This document shows, piece after piece, positions 36,871 to 50,031 of a stretch of 64,000 nt of DNA. Each line of letters starts with the position of its first letter. Positions within the stretch are counted from its first letter, which is position 1. The stretch covers positions 24,738,001 through 24,802,000 of the forward strand of contig JBHGNT010000002.1 of the NCBI GenBank assembly GCA_043228905.1, written 5' to 3'. The DNA comes from Azolla caroliniana (Eukaryota > Plantae > Polypodiophyta). Below the pieces are notes generated by a model. The model searched no databases. It saw nothing but the letters and a program-made list of their open reading frames with translations, and was not told the DNA's origin. The position numbers and the translations under genes were made by a program.

Positions 36871-39800
36871 AGACGGGCCGGTTTTCTCCGTCCCAACTCT
36901 CTTGGCGCATACCGGAGGATGCGCGGTTAGGTGGGGGCGGATGTCGTGAAGAAAACCGTCCATAGGCGGAATCGGCGCACCAAGGCGTGGGAACCGGTTC
37001 TTCACGCGCGCAGGCTCCGAGTTGTACATAGAAGCGAATTAGGAGGATAATCTCGACAACGGGCCCTAACACAAGTGGAGACAAAGACCGCGCGAACAGT
37101 CTTTTCGGTCGCGCGCGCGAGCGAAGGAACTGTACGAGTCGGCGGCCTAACTACGCGGATGCGTGAAGGACGGAGCGGATCCCTGTCCAAAAGGGACAGG
37201 GAATAAAGCTGACATGACGGCCTGCTCGTCGGCCTATATAAGGAGCAGGAAAGAGCTGTTGCAGGTATCTCACGCAGAGAGGACGAAGTGCTGCTGGACC
37301 GTTTCTGGATGCTTCTCTCTCTGTTTCCTTCCTTCTTGAGCTCCATAGCTTTCTGTGCAGGGTTCCGAGGAGGCTCGCGCTGTTTCGAGGAACGCCCGAG
37401 TGCTTCTGGCAGCACCTCCGACCTGCTACCCCCCCTTTGTGCTTCAAAGCGAACAAGCATCGGCATCTGTTCGCCGGCTTGTTCGGTTGTAGCCAACCTG
37501 TGCCCCATCGAGGGTTGTAGTCGTGTTAGCCATTTTTGTTAATATACACACTTAGTCATTAGCATCTGTCTGTGTCGGTGTCTGTTCGCGTTCTCCGTGC
37601 TGAAGGGCCGTGTCCCTGTGTATTCCCGGTCCTGCGTAGCCGGTTCTCTCTCTTTCTCCTCCCTCGCTTGCTCTTTGGTTCGAGACCCCCGCGGTCCCGC
37701 CTCGTTTTCCATACGCACTTGCGTAATATCTCGACACCGCGCGGAACAACGGGTCCAGGAGGTCACTGGTTGGGACGATCCGGTGGAAGAGAAAACGGGC
37801 TTCGTAGAAGCCACTTGCCAAAACTACGAGGTTCTGGTGGAGGAGAAACGGGCAGGAAAGGCCGGAGGGGTTGGGGCCCTGAGGTATGAGACCCGGTTCG
37901 GGCCGAAACCGCCGGTGCCGGCAACCAATGCGTGCTGGATGGGAAGAAGCAGGCGGGGTTTCGGTTGAGCACCGAAATTGAGAGAGCAACGGACCTACGG
38001 AAGGTCCTTGAAGAGCGAATCCTCGACAGTAAAATGGAGCTGTCGTTGCGGGAGGTGCTGGGAATCGCCAAGAGGGAGTTCCATGACTCTATCGTAGACT
38101 TGGTGAAGAGGAAGAGGCTCTCGACGGAGCCGGAACCGGAGAAGCCGGTGGAAGTGTGAACCACGCACCTGGAAGACGGAGCCCTGGAAGATGAGCTGGC
38201 GGGAAGCCACTACACGAAGCCGCATTGGGCCAGGGCGACTATGGAAACCCCTGTACGGATTGGCAACGTTCTAGAACCAATGGCGGCGTTGGTAGACCAT
38301 GGATCCGAAATCAACCTGATGTCCATGGATTTCTTCAAGGGTAAATGGTCGATCAACACCAAGCATGGCTGGAAGATACGGGCAGCGACGCGCGCCATGG
38401 AAGAACTACATGGGGCCTGTCCGAACGTATGGGTGAAAATCGGCGATGTCGAGATTGACTAGCACTTCTTCGTGCAGGAGACGTCCTCGCATCCGGTTAT
38501 ACTAGGAGAGCCATATATCACGGCGGCACGGATGGAGACCAAGGTGCTGGACAACGGTTCAACCTATGCAAGAGTCAAAAACTAGGACGGGTGCCACTTG
38601 GTCCAGTTCCTAACGGTGAGACCAAACCACGAGCGTAACCGCGAGGCCCTCGGCAATGAAACCCGAGGGGATTTTTAGAGAGGGCTATCAAGGCGTGGGG
38701 CTGTGATAGTCCGGACTCCCAGGAACAACCCCACAAATGTATAGTACGAAAGAAGTCTTGTACCATGGGTAGGAAGTTTTGGTTTTCCGACAACGGAGGT
38801 TGTACTATAACCGGCGTCAGCGGCCAGGAGAGGAAGCGAGCGGAGGAGCGGCTCAAGGGATGCAGAGTCCTCTTCCCCGACGAAGACATCAGCGGCGTCG
38901 TAGAGGCGGTCTCTTTTGACGACACCTTGGGCGAACTACGAAAGGTGATCGATGAAGACCTTAGAGAAGACCGGACCGTTCCGGTAGGATCGATGGGAAA
39001 GGATCGGGTCAGATCGGATGGCCCGCGTGGGTACGAAATACAAGACTGTGGACCGGAAGGTGAGGCCAGTCGCGGCACCCTTGCCGGAGGGCAGCGACGA
39101 GTGGATAAAAGGGGTCTCGTCGGACCCAAGTTTACGGAATCCGGCTGGCATAAGGCACAGGTTCACCGACATAACGCTACGGGAGCTCAAGGTCGGTGGG
39201 GGCGGCTTCCTACTACCGGTGGAGGAGGACCGGTTTCGGAGAATGATCGGAAGGCACGGGAAGGCTTTCGCATTCTCACTGGAGGAGATCGGGTGCGTAG
39301 ACCCGACAATTGTCGAACCGATGGTGATCTTCACGGTACCGCATGTACCGTGGAATCTCAAGCTGATTCCGGTGCCAAGAGCTCACATCCCGAAGTTGAG
39401 GGAGCTCCTAAAGCAAAAGGTGGAGATGGGCATCCTTGAACCGTCGAGTGCCCCGTATTCGAATCGGTGGTTTACGGTGCCGAAGAAGAACGGCATGCTG
39501 CGCTTCATCAAGGTGACCATCCGTAATGCAGGGATTGGACCGACCATAGACGAGTTCGCGGAGGCCTTCGCTGGAAGGTCGATCTATTCTGTCGGTGATC
39601 TGTACTCGGGGTACGATCAGTTCCAACTAGCCGTGGAGAGCAGAGACATTACGACGATGCGGACTCCTCTCGGCCTACTGCGGATGTGTACCCTACCACA
39701 AGGAGAGATGAACTCAGTGGCTCACATGGTGAACGCGATGAACAAAGTGCTCAGGGATTGTATCCCGGACATCACCATGCCGTTCTTAGACGACATCCCG

Positions 39801-42800
39801 ATCAAGGGATGCCCGGTGGAGAAAAGGGACGAGGCAATTGGGCTGGACGGATGTCGAATTTTCGTGGCTTCCCACATCGATGACTGCGAGAAGGTGTTGT
39901 AGAGACTAGAGCGCACGAGGCCCACCTTCTCCGGGGAAAAGTCGGCCTTCGGACAGTCGGAAATCTTGGTGGTCGGGCACCTGTGCGGGCCTTACGGTAG
40001 AAAACCGTCTCCGGCAAAGGTAGAGGCCATCTCCGCGATGAGGAACGTTTGTGGGTCGGTCATGGAGGTCCGTAGATTCTTGCGGGCATGCGCGTTCTAC
40101 CACATCTGGATCCCGCACTACGCACATGTCGCGGAACCCCTCTACGGACTATTGAAAAAGGGGCGTAGCTTTGAGTGGAGGACAGAGCACACGGAGTCGG
40201 TTCGGAGACTAAAGGAGGCGCTTACGGCAGCGCTTGCTCTCCGTAAAGCGGTTTACGGCAAGGATGTTCCCATCTGCGTAACGGTGGACACCAGCCCGAC
40301 CGGGATCGGGTGGGTAATCAGTCAGCAGGACAAGGGTGGCGTACGATTCCCGATCCGGTTCGGGGCGAAGGTATTGAGCGAGCGGCAGCGAGGGTACGCC
40401 CAAGTTAAGTACGAACTTTGGGGTGTCGTTTCGGCGGAGGATTATCTAATCGGGACGGAGGTGATTATCGAGACGGACTACCTGCCGATACTCGGCATGG
40501 TTTCCGGCATGGTTTCCGGCATGGTTTTCGAAGCGGGGCTTCATGGAGTGGGTGGAGTCCCCCAACAAAGGAAGAAATGCGTTGGTACTCCTCCGGGAGT
40601 TTGAGGAACGCTTTGCGCGCCTTTTGGCGCTCGATCGGACCGTTCTGGACACAAGTCGTGTCCTACTGTTTGTCAAATCGGTTGACGCACGGGATCGGGA
40701 GCAAGTGGGCTCCTTACTGGAAACCGAAGACGGGCTGACGGCCGACTGGGCCGCGGTAAAAAGAGTCTCCGGCCGTTTTGACAAACGGTGGGTTTGGGCT
40801 GATACAGGGGCTACCGGGGCGGGTCCTGTCGTAGCAAGGAAGCTCGAACCGATACCACAGGCGCGAAGGGAAGAGACCCGGGAGTGGCTCGAAACCGGTT
40901 CGGCTTCGACCGACGTGGTTAGAGGCTCGTCCGGGGGAACAACTTTGGAGGAGTTGACACGAGCGGTAAAGGATCTCCAGATTGCCCAGGCTCGGAGGGA
41001 AGGCGGCGAATAGGCTCGTGACCGACGGCCTCCGACAGGAAATAGGTGCATGTGGTGCGACGAGGTCGGCCACATCCGGAAAGACTGCGCGGACTTTCCG
41101 TAGGCTTTGAGAAGCCGGGTAGTGTACCTGTGGGAAGGTCGGGTGCACGCCAGCGATACCCGGAGGGCCCTGAACCGAAACGACGGGCGAGGAGGAATGA
41201 AAAGGCTGATGGAAGAGGCGGCGGCCCGGCATGCGGAGACCGTCCACTACTCGGCGTCAGCCGGTATTCGGGTCGGAGGCAGCGAGGCCCGGAAGGAGAG
41301 CAAAGCCGGGTTCTGGCCGACGATGCTGGAAGGCCTCGCCGGTGCCCGACTAAGGAAAGACGAGGCGGACCGCGCGGAGAAGCGGGTCCAAGAGGTAACC
41401 GGGTGGAGTGACCCGGTCGAAGAAAAGACGGGTTTCGTCGAAGCAGCTTGCCAGAACTACGAGGCTCTGGTTGAAGACAAACGGGTAGGTAAAACCGGAG
41501 GGGCCAGACCCCCACAGAGATACGAAACCCGATTCGGGCCGAAACAGAACGAGGCCGGTGAGACCAGTGCCCGGGATAACCACAAGAAGGGCGGATACCG
41601 GTTGGGCACGGAGATCGAAAGGACCACGGACCTACGAAAGGTCCTGGAAGAACGAATCCTCGACAACAAGGTGGAACTGTCGTTGCGGGAGGTGCTCGGA
41701 ATCGCCAAGAAGGAGTTCCACGACAGAACCGGAAAGGCCGGTGGAGGTGCGGACGACGCACATAGAGGACATGGCGCTGGAAGACGAGTGGGCGGAGAGC
41801 CACTATTTGAGGCCATACTGGGCCTGAGCGACCACGGAAACCCCGGTGAAGATCGGAGATGTTCAGGAACCGGTGGTGGCGCTGGTGGACCACGATTCGG
41901 AAATAAAACTGATGTCCATGGACTTCTACAAGAAGGGGAAATGGCCGATCAACACCAAGCACGGGTGGAAGATACGGGCAGCGACGCGCGCCACTGAGGA
42001 ACTACACGGGGCCTGCCCAAACGTGCGAGTCAAGATCGGCGACGTCGAGATAGACCAGCACTTCTTTGTGCAGGAGACGTCCTCGCACCCGGTCATACTG
42101 GGAGAACCGTACATTACGGCGGCACGGATGGAGACCAAGGTGCTGGAAAACGGGTCGGCTTACGCGAGGGTCAAGAGTTAGGACGGGCGTCATTCGGTCC
42201 AGTTCCTGACGGTGCGACCAAACCACAAGTGAAACCGCGAGTCCCTCAGTGGCGAGAACCGAGAGGATTTTTAGAGAGGGCTGTCAAGGCCTGGGGCCGC
42301 GATAGTCCGGACACTCCGGGAAGACCCCACAAATGTACGATAGAGGCGAAACTAAAGAAACCTTGTACCATAAGTAGGAAGTTTTGTTTCTCCGACAACG
42401 GAGGGTGTACGATAGTTGGTGTCGTTGGCCGAGAGAAGGCAAGGGCGGAAGAGCGACTTCGGGCGTGCGGAGTTCTCGGGCCCAGCGAGGAAATCAACGG
42501 AGCCGTGGAGGCAGTCTCCTTCGACGATACCTTGGGAATACTGCGAGAGGTGGTCGGAGAGGGCCTTAAAGAGGACCAGACGATACCGGTTTGTTTAGAA
42601 GAGATGTACGAAGTCATCGCAGACTTCAATCGAGGGCTCGAGTCGGATCGGACGGCCCGGGTTAACACGAAGTACAAGACTGTGGACCGGAAGATAAGGT
42701 CAGTCGCGGCACCCTTACCGGAGGGCAGTGAGTTGCGAATCAAGGGGGTCGCGTCGGACCCCAGTTTATGAGATCTGGCCTGCATAGGACACACCTTCAC

Positions 42801-44455
42801 CGACAGAACGCTACGGGAGCTCAAAATCGGTGGGGGCGGGTTCCTACTACCGGCGGAAGAAGACCGGTTTCGGAGAATGCTCGGAAGACACGGGAAAGCC
42901 TTCGCATTCTCACTGGAAGAGATCGGGTGCGTAGACCCGATAGTCGTGAAGCCGATGGTGATATTCACGGTACCGCATGTGCCGTGGAATCTCAAACCAA
43001 TTCCGGTACCGAGAGCTCACATCCCGGAGCTGATGGAGCTGTTGAGGCAGAAAGTCGATATGGGCATCCTCGAACCGTCGAGTGCGCCGTACTCGAACCG
43101 GTGGTTTACCGTACCGAAGAAGAAAGGGACGTTGCGCTTCATTCAAGACCTGCAACCGGTCAACAGAGTGACCATTCGGAACGCAGGAATCAGACCAACG
43201 ATAGACGAGTTCGCGGAGGCCTTCGCCGGAAGGTCGATCTACTCGGTCGGTGATCTGTACTCGGGGTACGATTAGTTCCAATTAGCCGTGGAAAGCAGAG
43301 ACATTACGACGATGTGAACTCCTCTCGGCCTAGTGCGGATGTGTACCCTGCCACAAGGAGGGACGAACTCGGTGGTCCACATGGTGAATGTGATGAACAA
43401 GGTGCTGAGGGATTGTATCCCGGACATCACCATGCCATTCTTGGACGACATCCCAATCAAGGGATGTCCGGTGGAGGAAAGGGACGAAATGATCAAACCG
43501 GACGGATGCCGGAAATTCGTGGCGACACACATTGACGACTGCGAGAGGGTGTTGCAAAGGCTAGAGGACGCGAGGCTCACCTTCTCCGGGGAGAAATCGG
43601 GCTTCGGGCAATTAGAGATCATGGTCGTCGGACATCTATGCGGACCTTATGGCCGGAAACCATCTCCGATTTAGGTGGAAGCCATCTCCGCAATGAAGCC
43701 CGACTGTAACTCGGTCACGGAGGTACGGAGGTTCTTGGGAGCATGCGCGTTCTACCACATATGGATCCCGCATTACGCTGTCATGAAGAAAACCGTCCAC
43801 GAGCGGAATCGATGCACCGGAGCGTAGAAACCGACTCTTCATGCACGTGCGCCTTAAGTTGAACATAGGAGATCCTAGGTAGATTCGGTTGGTAGGGAGT
43901 AAAAGGGGAAACGGCTCCTTCCTTGCCTATAAAAGGAGGGAGACGAGGAGGGTAGATGGATCGCGGAGAGTCGAGGACGAAGTGCTGGCGGATTGGGCGG
44001 GAAGGCTTCTCTCTCTCTCTCTCTGGTTCGCAGACTCCATAGCTTCCTTCTGTGCAGGTTTCGGGAGGCTCGCGCTGCTCTGAGGAATGCTCGAGTGCTT
44101 CCGGCAGCACCTCCAACCTGTTCCTGTCTTTCTGTGCGTTTACGAACAGGTATCGGCATCTGTCCGCCGGCCTGTTCGGTTGTAACCGACTTCGTGTTTG
44201 TTGTCTTCGTGTTCTTGTTGTTTGTCTTGTCAATACATACATACTTTCGTGTCTTTCTGTGTCGCTGTCCCATTCTCGTCTTTGCGTCGAAGGGCCGTGT
44301 CCCTGTGAAACTACGCTCGCACGTAGTGGGTCTCTCTCTCTCTCTTACTCTTCGGTACAGGACCCCCGAGGTCCCGCCTCACTCCACGCATCCGCGAGGA
44401 ATACCTCGACATCTTTGGTGAACCCGACGTGGAAGAGGCGGCAGAAGAGCAGAAG

Positions 44456-46591
44456 ATGAGGGGGTCGGATCTTGCAAAGGCCATGGCTTCGGCTGTGGAT
44501 CGGATATTGAGCACACGCGAGGGCACCGGTGCCCTCGACAGAGCCATTGAGGCGGTCGTCGGTACGATCGGCCGTTTCAGCGGAAAGGATGCTACGAAGT
44601 ATTTGGCGTCCTACGGGGCGGAAATGCTGATGCGGGACATTCCGGAAGAGAGGCGTCTTGCCGGGTTCCCTCGAGTGGCGATGCCGAGCATCCATGCGGA
44701 GGTGCTCGAGGTACGGGCGGAGAGCCGTACCTGGGAGGAGTTCGAAGGCCGGCTCCTAGAGAAATATGGGCTGGACGACGCGCTCCGGCTTTCGAAACGG
44801 GACTTCATGGAATGGGTGGAGTCCCCCGGCAAAGGAAGAAACGTGTCGGCACTCCTCCGGGAGTTCGAGGAACGCTTTGCACGCCTTTCGGCGCTTGACC
44901 GAACTATCCTGGATACGAGCCGGGTCCTACTGTTCGTCAAGTCGGTGGACGAGCAGGACCGGGATCAAGTCGGCTCCTTGCTGGAAACTGAAGACGGGTT
45001 GACGACCGACTGGGCTGCGGTTAAGAGAGTCTGTGGCCGTTTCGACAAACGGCGAGAATGGGCTGACAACGGGGCGGCCGGTGCGGGCTCTGTTACAGCA
45101 AGGAGGCTTGAACTGGCGCCGCAAGTGCGAAGGGAAGAAACCAGGGAATGGCTCGAAACCGGTCCGGCTTCGACCAGCATGGTCAATGGCTCGTCCGGAG
45201 GAGCAGCGCTAGAGGAGTTGACACGGGCGATAAAGGATCTCCAGATCGCCCAGACTCGAAGGGAAGGCGGCGAACTGGCTCGTGACCGACGGCCGGCAGC
45301 AGGGAACAGGTGCCTGTGGTGCGACGAGGTCAGCCACATTCGGAAGGACTGCGGCAATTTCGCAGAGGCGTTGAGAAACCGGGTGGTGTACCTGTGGGAA
45401 GGCCGGGTGCACGCTGGCGACACCAGAAGGGCCCTAAACCGAAATGACGGACGAGGAGGTATGAAGAGACTGATGGAAGAGGCAGTGTCCCGACACGTGG
45501 AGGCCATCCACTACTCGGCGTCGGCTGGCCTTCGGGTCGGGGGCAGCGAGGCCCGAAAGGAGGGCAAAGACGGATTTTGGTCGGCAATGCTGGAAGGTCT
45601 TGCCGGCGCACGGCCAAGGAAAGACGAAACGGACCGTGCTGAGAGACGGGTCCGGGAAATAACCAGGTGGAGCGATCCGGTCGAGGAGAAGACGGGCTTC
45701 GTAGAAGCCGCTTGCCGGAACTACGAGGCTCTGGTAGAAGAAAAACGAGTGGGGAAAGCCGGAGCGGCCGGGCCCTCGCAACGGTACGAGACCCGATTCG
45801 GGCAACGACGGAACGATGCCGGTGGGCCCGGCCCGCAAGACAACCCCAGGAAGGGCGTGTACCGACTGGGGACAGAAATAGAAAGGGCTACGGACCTACG
45901 AAAGGTCCTAGAAGAACGGATCCTCGACAACAAAGTGGAGCTGTCATTGCGGGAGGTGCTAGGGATCGCCAAGAAGGAGTTCCACGAATCCATCGTGGCC
46001 CTGGTGAAACGGAAGAGACTGTCGACGGAGACGGAACCAGAAAAACCGGTGGAGGTGCGGACGACGCACATCGACGACTCGGCGCTGGAAGATGAGTTGG
46101 CAGAGAGCCACTATTCGAGGCCACACTGGGGCCATGCGACCACGGAGACCCCGGTAAAGATCGGAGATGTTCGGGAACCGGTGGTGGCGTTGGTGGCGTT
46201 GGTGGACCACGGTTCGGAAATAAACCTAATGTCCATGGATTTCTATAAGAAGGGGAAGTGGCCGATCAACACCAAGCACGGGTGGAAGATACGGGTGGAA
46301 ACGCGCGCCACCGAGGAACTGCATGGGGCCTGCCCGAACGTGCGAGTCAAGATCGGCGACGTCGAGATTGACCAGCATTTCTTCGTACAGGAAACGTCTT
46401 TGCACCCGGTCATCTTAGGGGAACCATACATCACGGCGGCGAGAATGGAGACCAAGGTGCTGGACAACGGTTCGGCCTACGCGAGGGTCAAAAGCCAGGA
46501 CGGGCGCCATTCGGTGCAATTTTTGACGGTGCGGCCGAACCAGGAGAGAAACCGCGAATCCCTCGGTGGCGAGAACCGGGAGGATTTTTAG
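44456..46591 (+). CDS. Copy D Gag-protease, open frame
   Basis: Uninterrupted ORF with CLWCDEVSHIRKDC and ALVDHGSE, carrying a 9-bp duplication (VALVALV). Confidence 0.9.
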   Translation: MRGSDLAKAMASAVDRILSTREGTGALDRAIEAVVGTIGRFSGKDATKYLASYGAEMLMRDIPEERRLAGFPRVAMPSIHAEVLEVRAESRTWEEFEGRLLEKYGLDDALRLSKRDFMEWVESPGKGRNVSALLREFEERFARLSALDRTILDTSRVLLFVKSVDEQDRDQVGSLLETEDGLTTDWAAVKRVCGRFDKRREWADNGAAGAGSVTARRLELAPQVRREETREWLETGPASTSMVNGSSGGAALEELTRAIKDLQIAQTRREGGELARDRRPAAGNRCLWCDEVSHIRKDCGNFAEALRNRVVYLWEGRVHAGDTRRALNRNDGRGGMKRLMEEAVSRHVEAIHYSASAGLRVGGSEARKEGKDGFWSAMLEGLAGARPRKDETDRAERRVREITRWSDPVEEKTGFVEAACRNYEALVEEKRVGKAGAAGPSQRYETRFGQRRNDAGGPGPQDNPRKGVYRLGTEIERATDLRKVLEERILDNKVELSLREVLGIAKKEFHESIVALVKRKRLSTETEPEKPVEVRTTHIDDSALEDELAESHYSRPHWGHATTETPVKIGDVREPVVALVALVDHGSEINLMSMDFYKKGKWPINTKHGWKIRVETRATEELHGACPNVRVKIGDVEIDQHFFVQETSLHPVILGEPYITAARMETKVLDNGSAYARVKSQDGRHSVQFLTVRPNQERNRESLGGENREDF

Positions 46592-49500
46592 AGAGGGCTG
46601 CCAAGGCGTGGGGCCGAGACAGTCCGGACACTCAGGAAAGACCCCACGATTGTACGATAGGCAGGAGATTTTGCTTCTCCGACAACGGAGGGTGTATGAT
46701 GGTCGGCATCGTAGGCCGAGAAAAGACAAGGGCGGAAGAGCGACTTCGAGCGTGCGGAGTTCTCGGCATGGATGACGAAATCAGCGGAGCCGTGGAGGCG
46801 GTCTCCTTCAACGACACCTTAGGGATGCTGAGGAAGGTTGCCGGAGAAGACCTTAACGAAGACCGGACGATACCGGTATGTTCCGAAGAGATGTACGAAG
46901 TCATCGCGAACTTCAGTCGGGGGCTCGGGTCGGATCGGACGGCCCGAGTTAGCACAAAGTACAAGACTGTGGACCGGAAGGTAAGGCCAGTCGCGGCACC
47001 CTTACCGGAGGGCAGCGAGTCCCGGATCAGAGGGGTTGCGTTGGACCCCAGTTTACGAGATCCGGCCTACATAGGACACACCTTCACCAATGGGACGCTC
47101 CGAGAGCTCAAAATCGGTGGGGGCGGGTTCCTACTACCGGCGGAGGAAGACCGGTTTCGGAGAATGCTCGGAAGGCACGGGAAAGCATTCGCATTCTCGC
47201 CGGAAGAAATCGGGTGCGTGGACTCGACGATCGTGGATCTCAAGCAGATTCCGGTACCGCGAGCTCACATCCCGAAGTTGATGGAGCTACTGAGGTAGAA
47301 AGTAGAGATGGGTATTCTCGAACCGTCGAGCGCGCCATACTTGAACCGATGGTTTACCGTACCAAAGAAAAACGGAACATTGCGCTTTATTGAGGACCTG
47401 CAGCCGGTCAACAGAGAGACCATCCGGAACGCAGGAATCGGACCGACCATAGACGAGTTCGCGGAGGCCTTCGCGGGAAGGTCGATTTACTCGGTCGGTG
47501 ATCTGTACTCGGGGTACGACCAGTTCCAGCTAGCCGTGGAGAGCAGAGACATTACGACAATGCGAACTGCCCTCGGCCTAGTGCGAATGTGTACCCTGCA
47601 ACAAGGAGGGATCAACTCGGTGGCCCACATGGTGAATGCAATGAACAAAGTACTGAGGGATTGCATCCCGGTCATCACCATGCCGTTTCTACACGACATC
47701 CCCATCAAAGGGTGCCCGGTGGAAGAGAAGGATGAGGCACTTGGGCCGGACGGATGCCGGCGATTCGTAGCAACACACATCGACGACTGCGAGAAGGTGC
47801 TACAAAGGCTAGAGGACTGCGAGAAGGTGCTACAAAGGCTCACCTTCTCCGGGGAGAAATCAGCCTTCGGGCAATCAGAAATCCTGGTGGTCGGGCATCT
47901 GTGTGGACCATATGGCCGGAAGCCGTCTCCGGCAAAGGTAGAAGCCATGTCCGCGATGAAGACCGACTGTAGCTCGGTTACGGAAGTTCGGAGGTTCCTG
48001 GGGGCATGCGCATTCTACCACATATGGATCCCGCATTACGCCCACGTTGCGGAGCCGCTATACGGGTTGCTGAAGAAAGGGCAAAAATTCGAATGGCAAG
48101 ACGAGCATACGGAGTCGGTCCGGAAGCTGAAGGAAGCTCTTGCGGCAGCACCGGCGCTCCGGAAGGCTGTCTACGGGAAGGGTACCCCGGTATACGTAAC
48201 GGTGGATACGAGTCCGACCGGGATCGGATGGGTCATCAACCAAGAAGACGAGGACGGCATTCGGTTCCCGATCCGATTCGGCGCGAAGGTCCTTAGTGAG
48301 CGACAGCGAGGGTACGCCCAGGTTAAACGTGAACTCTGGGGTATCGTTTCGGCAGTAAAGGCCGACAAAGACTACCTGATCGGGGCAGAAGTGATTATCG
48401 AGACGGATTTCCTGCCGATTCTTGGCATGGTTTCCGGATGCGCGACACCGGACCTGGTGATGCTCAGGTGGATAGCGTACATCAAGTCCCTGGACCCGGA
48501 AATACGGCACATTTCCGGAAAGGATAACGCCATGGCCGACATGCTTTCGAGGGCAAGGTTTGATGACAAGGGCGGCATGATTTCGGAGGACGTAGAAGTC
48601 GGCGTGGACTTCTTCGAGGCAGCATACGTAACGGCCGATGGGACGAGCACTCCGGCACTTAACGACTTCGACGAGAGCAAGTACGACGGCGAGTGGCTCC
48701 AGATCGGTGGGTTTTTGAGGACGATGACGCCGGATGCGTCATGGACGAGGGACGAGGCAAACCGGATCCGGAAGAAAGCATACCGATTCTTTCTCCGGGA
48801 CGGATACTTATGGAAGCACCCGAAGAAGAGGACCGGCGTCCCACTCTGGGTGGTAGCGATGAAGGAAGAACAGGAGGAGCTGCTCACGACCTACCACGAC
48901 AGCCCTTGGGCTGGACACCGTGGAACGTGGGCCACGTTCGAAAAGATAAAGGGGAAGTACTGGTGGTCGGGGCTGTACCGGGACGTGCATCAGTTCGTGA
49001 CAACTTGCGAGAGCTGTCAGATGCACTCCATAGTCCGACATCGGGACGAGCTTCACCCTACGTACCCTCGGACCATCCACTTCAAATGGATGGTAGATCT
49101 GGTGACGATGCCGATGGGAGTAGGACAGATGCGGTATCTGGTCCTAGCTCGGGAAGATCTAACGAACGAGGTAGAAGGCCGAGCCCTTCAGAACAAAACG
49201 ACCGCGGCCGTATGTCGGTTCTTGATCGAAGACGTGATATGCCGGTACGGGTGCGTCGGGAAGATTGTGGCCGATCGCGGGGAGTTGGACGCCGAAGAGG
49301 CCGAGGAGCTGTTCGACCGGCTAGGAGTCAAGCTCTCGCTTACCACTGCGTACAATCCGGAGGCGAATGGGAAGGTGGAGCGCGGACACAGACCGATTGT
49401 CAAGGCGTTAGTTCGGGCATGCGGAGGTCAAGTCGGGAACTGGCCGCGGCTGTTGCCTTATGCGTTGTGGGCGGACCGAACTACGCACAGTTCGGTAACC

Positions 49501-50031
49501 GGATTCATGCCGACAGAACTCTTGTTTGGGCAGAAGCCGGTCATGCCGATGGAACGTACGATCTCGTCGTGGGCAACCGTGGACTGGAGGGACGAGATGA
49601 GCCGGGAGGAGCTGCTGGCGGCGCGTATACGACAGCTCGAGCGAAGACCGGAGGACATGGAGCAGGCTGCGGAAAAACTTCGGGAAGCAAGGATGAGGAA
49701 CAAAGCCCGGTTCGACCGAACACACCGGCTCCGACCGAAGAAGATCGAGGAAGGCGACTGGGTGCTGCTCTACGACAGCAGCCTCGACAACCAGCACCGA
49801 GCGACGCGGAAGTTCGCAAGAAGGTGGTTCGGGCCTTACGTGGTACAAAGCGCCAACGACAACGGGACGTACCATTTGGCGGAACTCGACGGTACGAGAA
49901 TGGCGATGCCGGTAGCGGGGAAGCGGATTAAATCGTTCAAGAGGCGTCACGACGACGAGCCGGATCCGCTTGGCTTGGACCGCGACGACGAGCGATCCGA
50001 AGCTGAGGAGGAACCGACGGGCGAAGAATGA
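46582..50031 (+). pseudogene. Copy D Pol with an in-frame deletion (about 47236), a TAG at 47296-47298 and a short duplication in RT
   Basis: The 46696 and 47308 ORFs are in one frame. RT reads FLHD instead of FLDD, and DCEKVLQRL is duplicated. Confidence 0.9.

Larger units (their letters stand above)
30426..37736 (+). mobile_element. Gypsy copy B, full length, nested in the gag of A
   Basis: 795-bp LTRs at 30426-31220 and 36942-37736 (about 7 differences by eye). The 4-bp TSD is CCGC (30422-30425 / 37737-37740). Confidence 0.97.
28716..40524 (+). mobile_element. Gypsy copy A (non-chromodomain, tRNA-Trp PBS), interrupted by copy B and truncated in RNase H
   Basis: 5' LTR 28716-29392, then the PBS and gag from ATG 29437 to 30425. 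It resumes at 37741 (EADR|AEQRVQE) with PR, the slippery site at 38669 and RT/RH to about 40520. Many stops and deletions; no 3' LTR. Confidence 0.9.
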
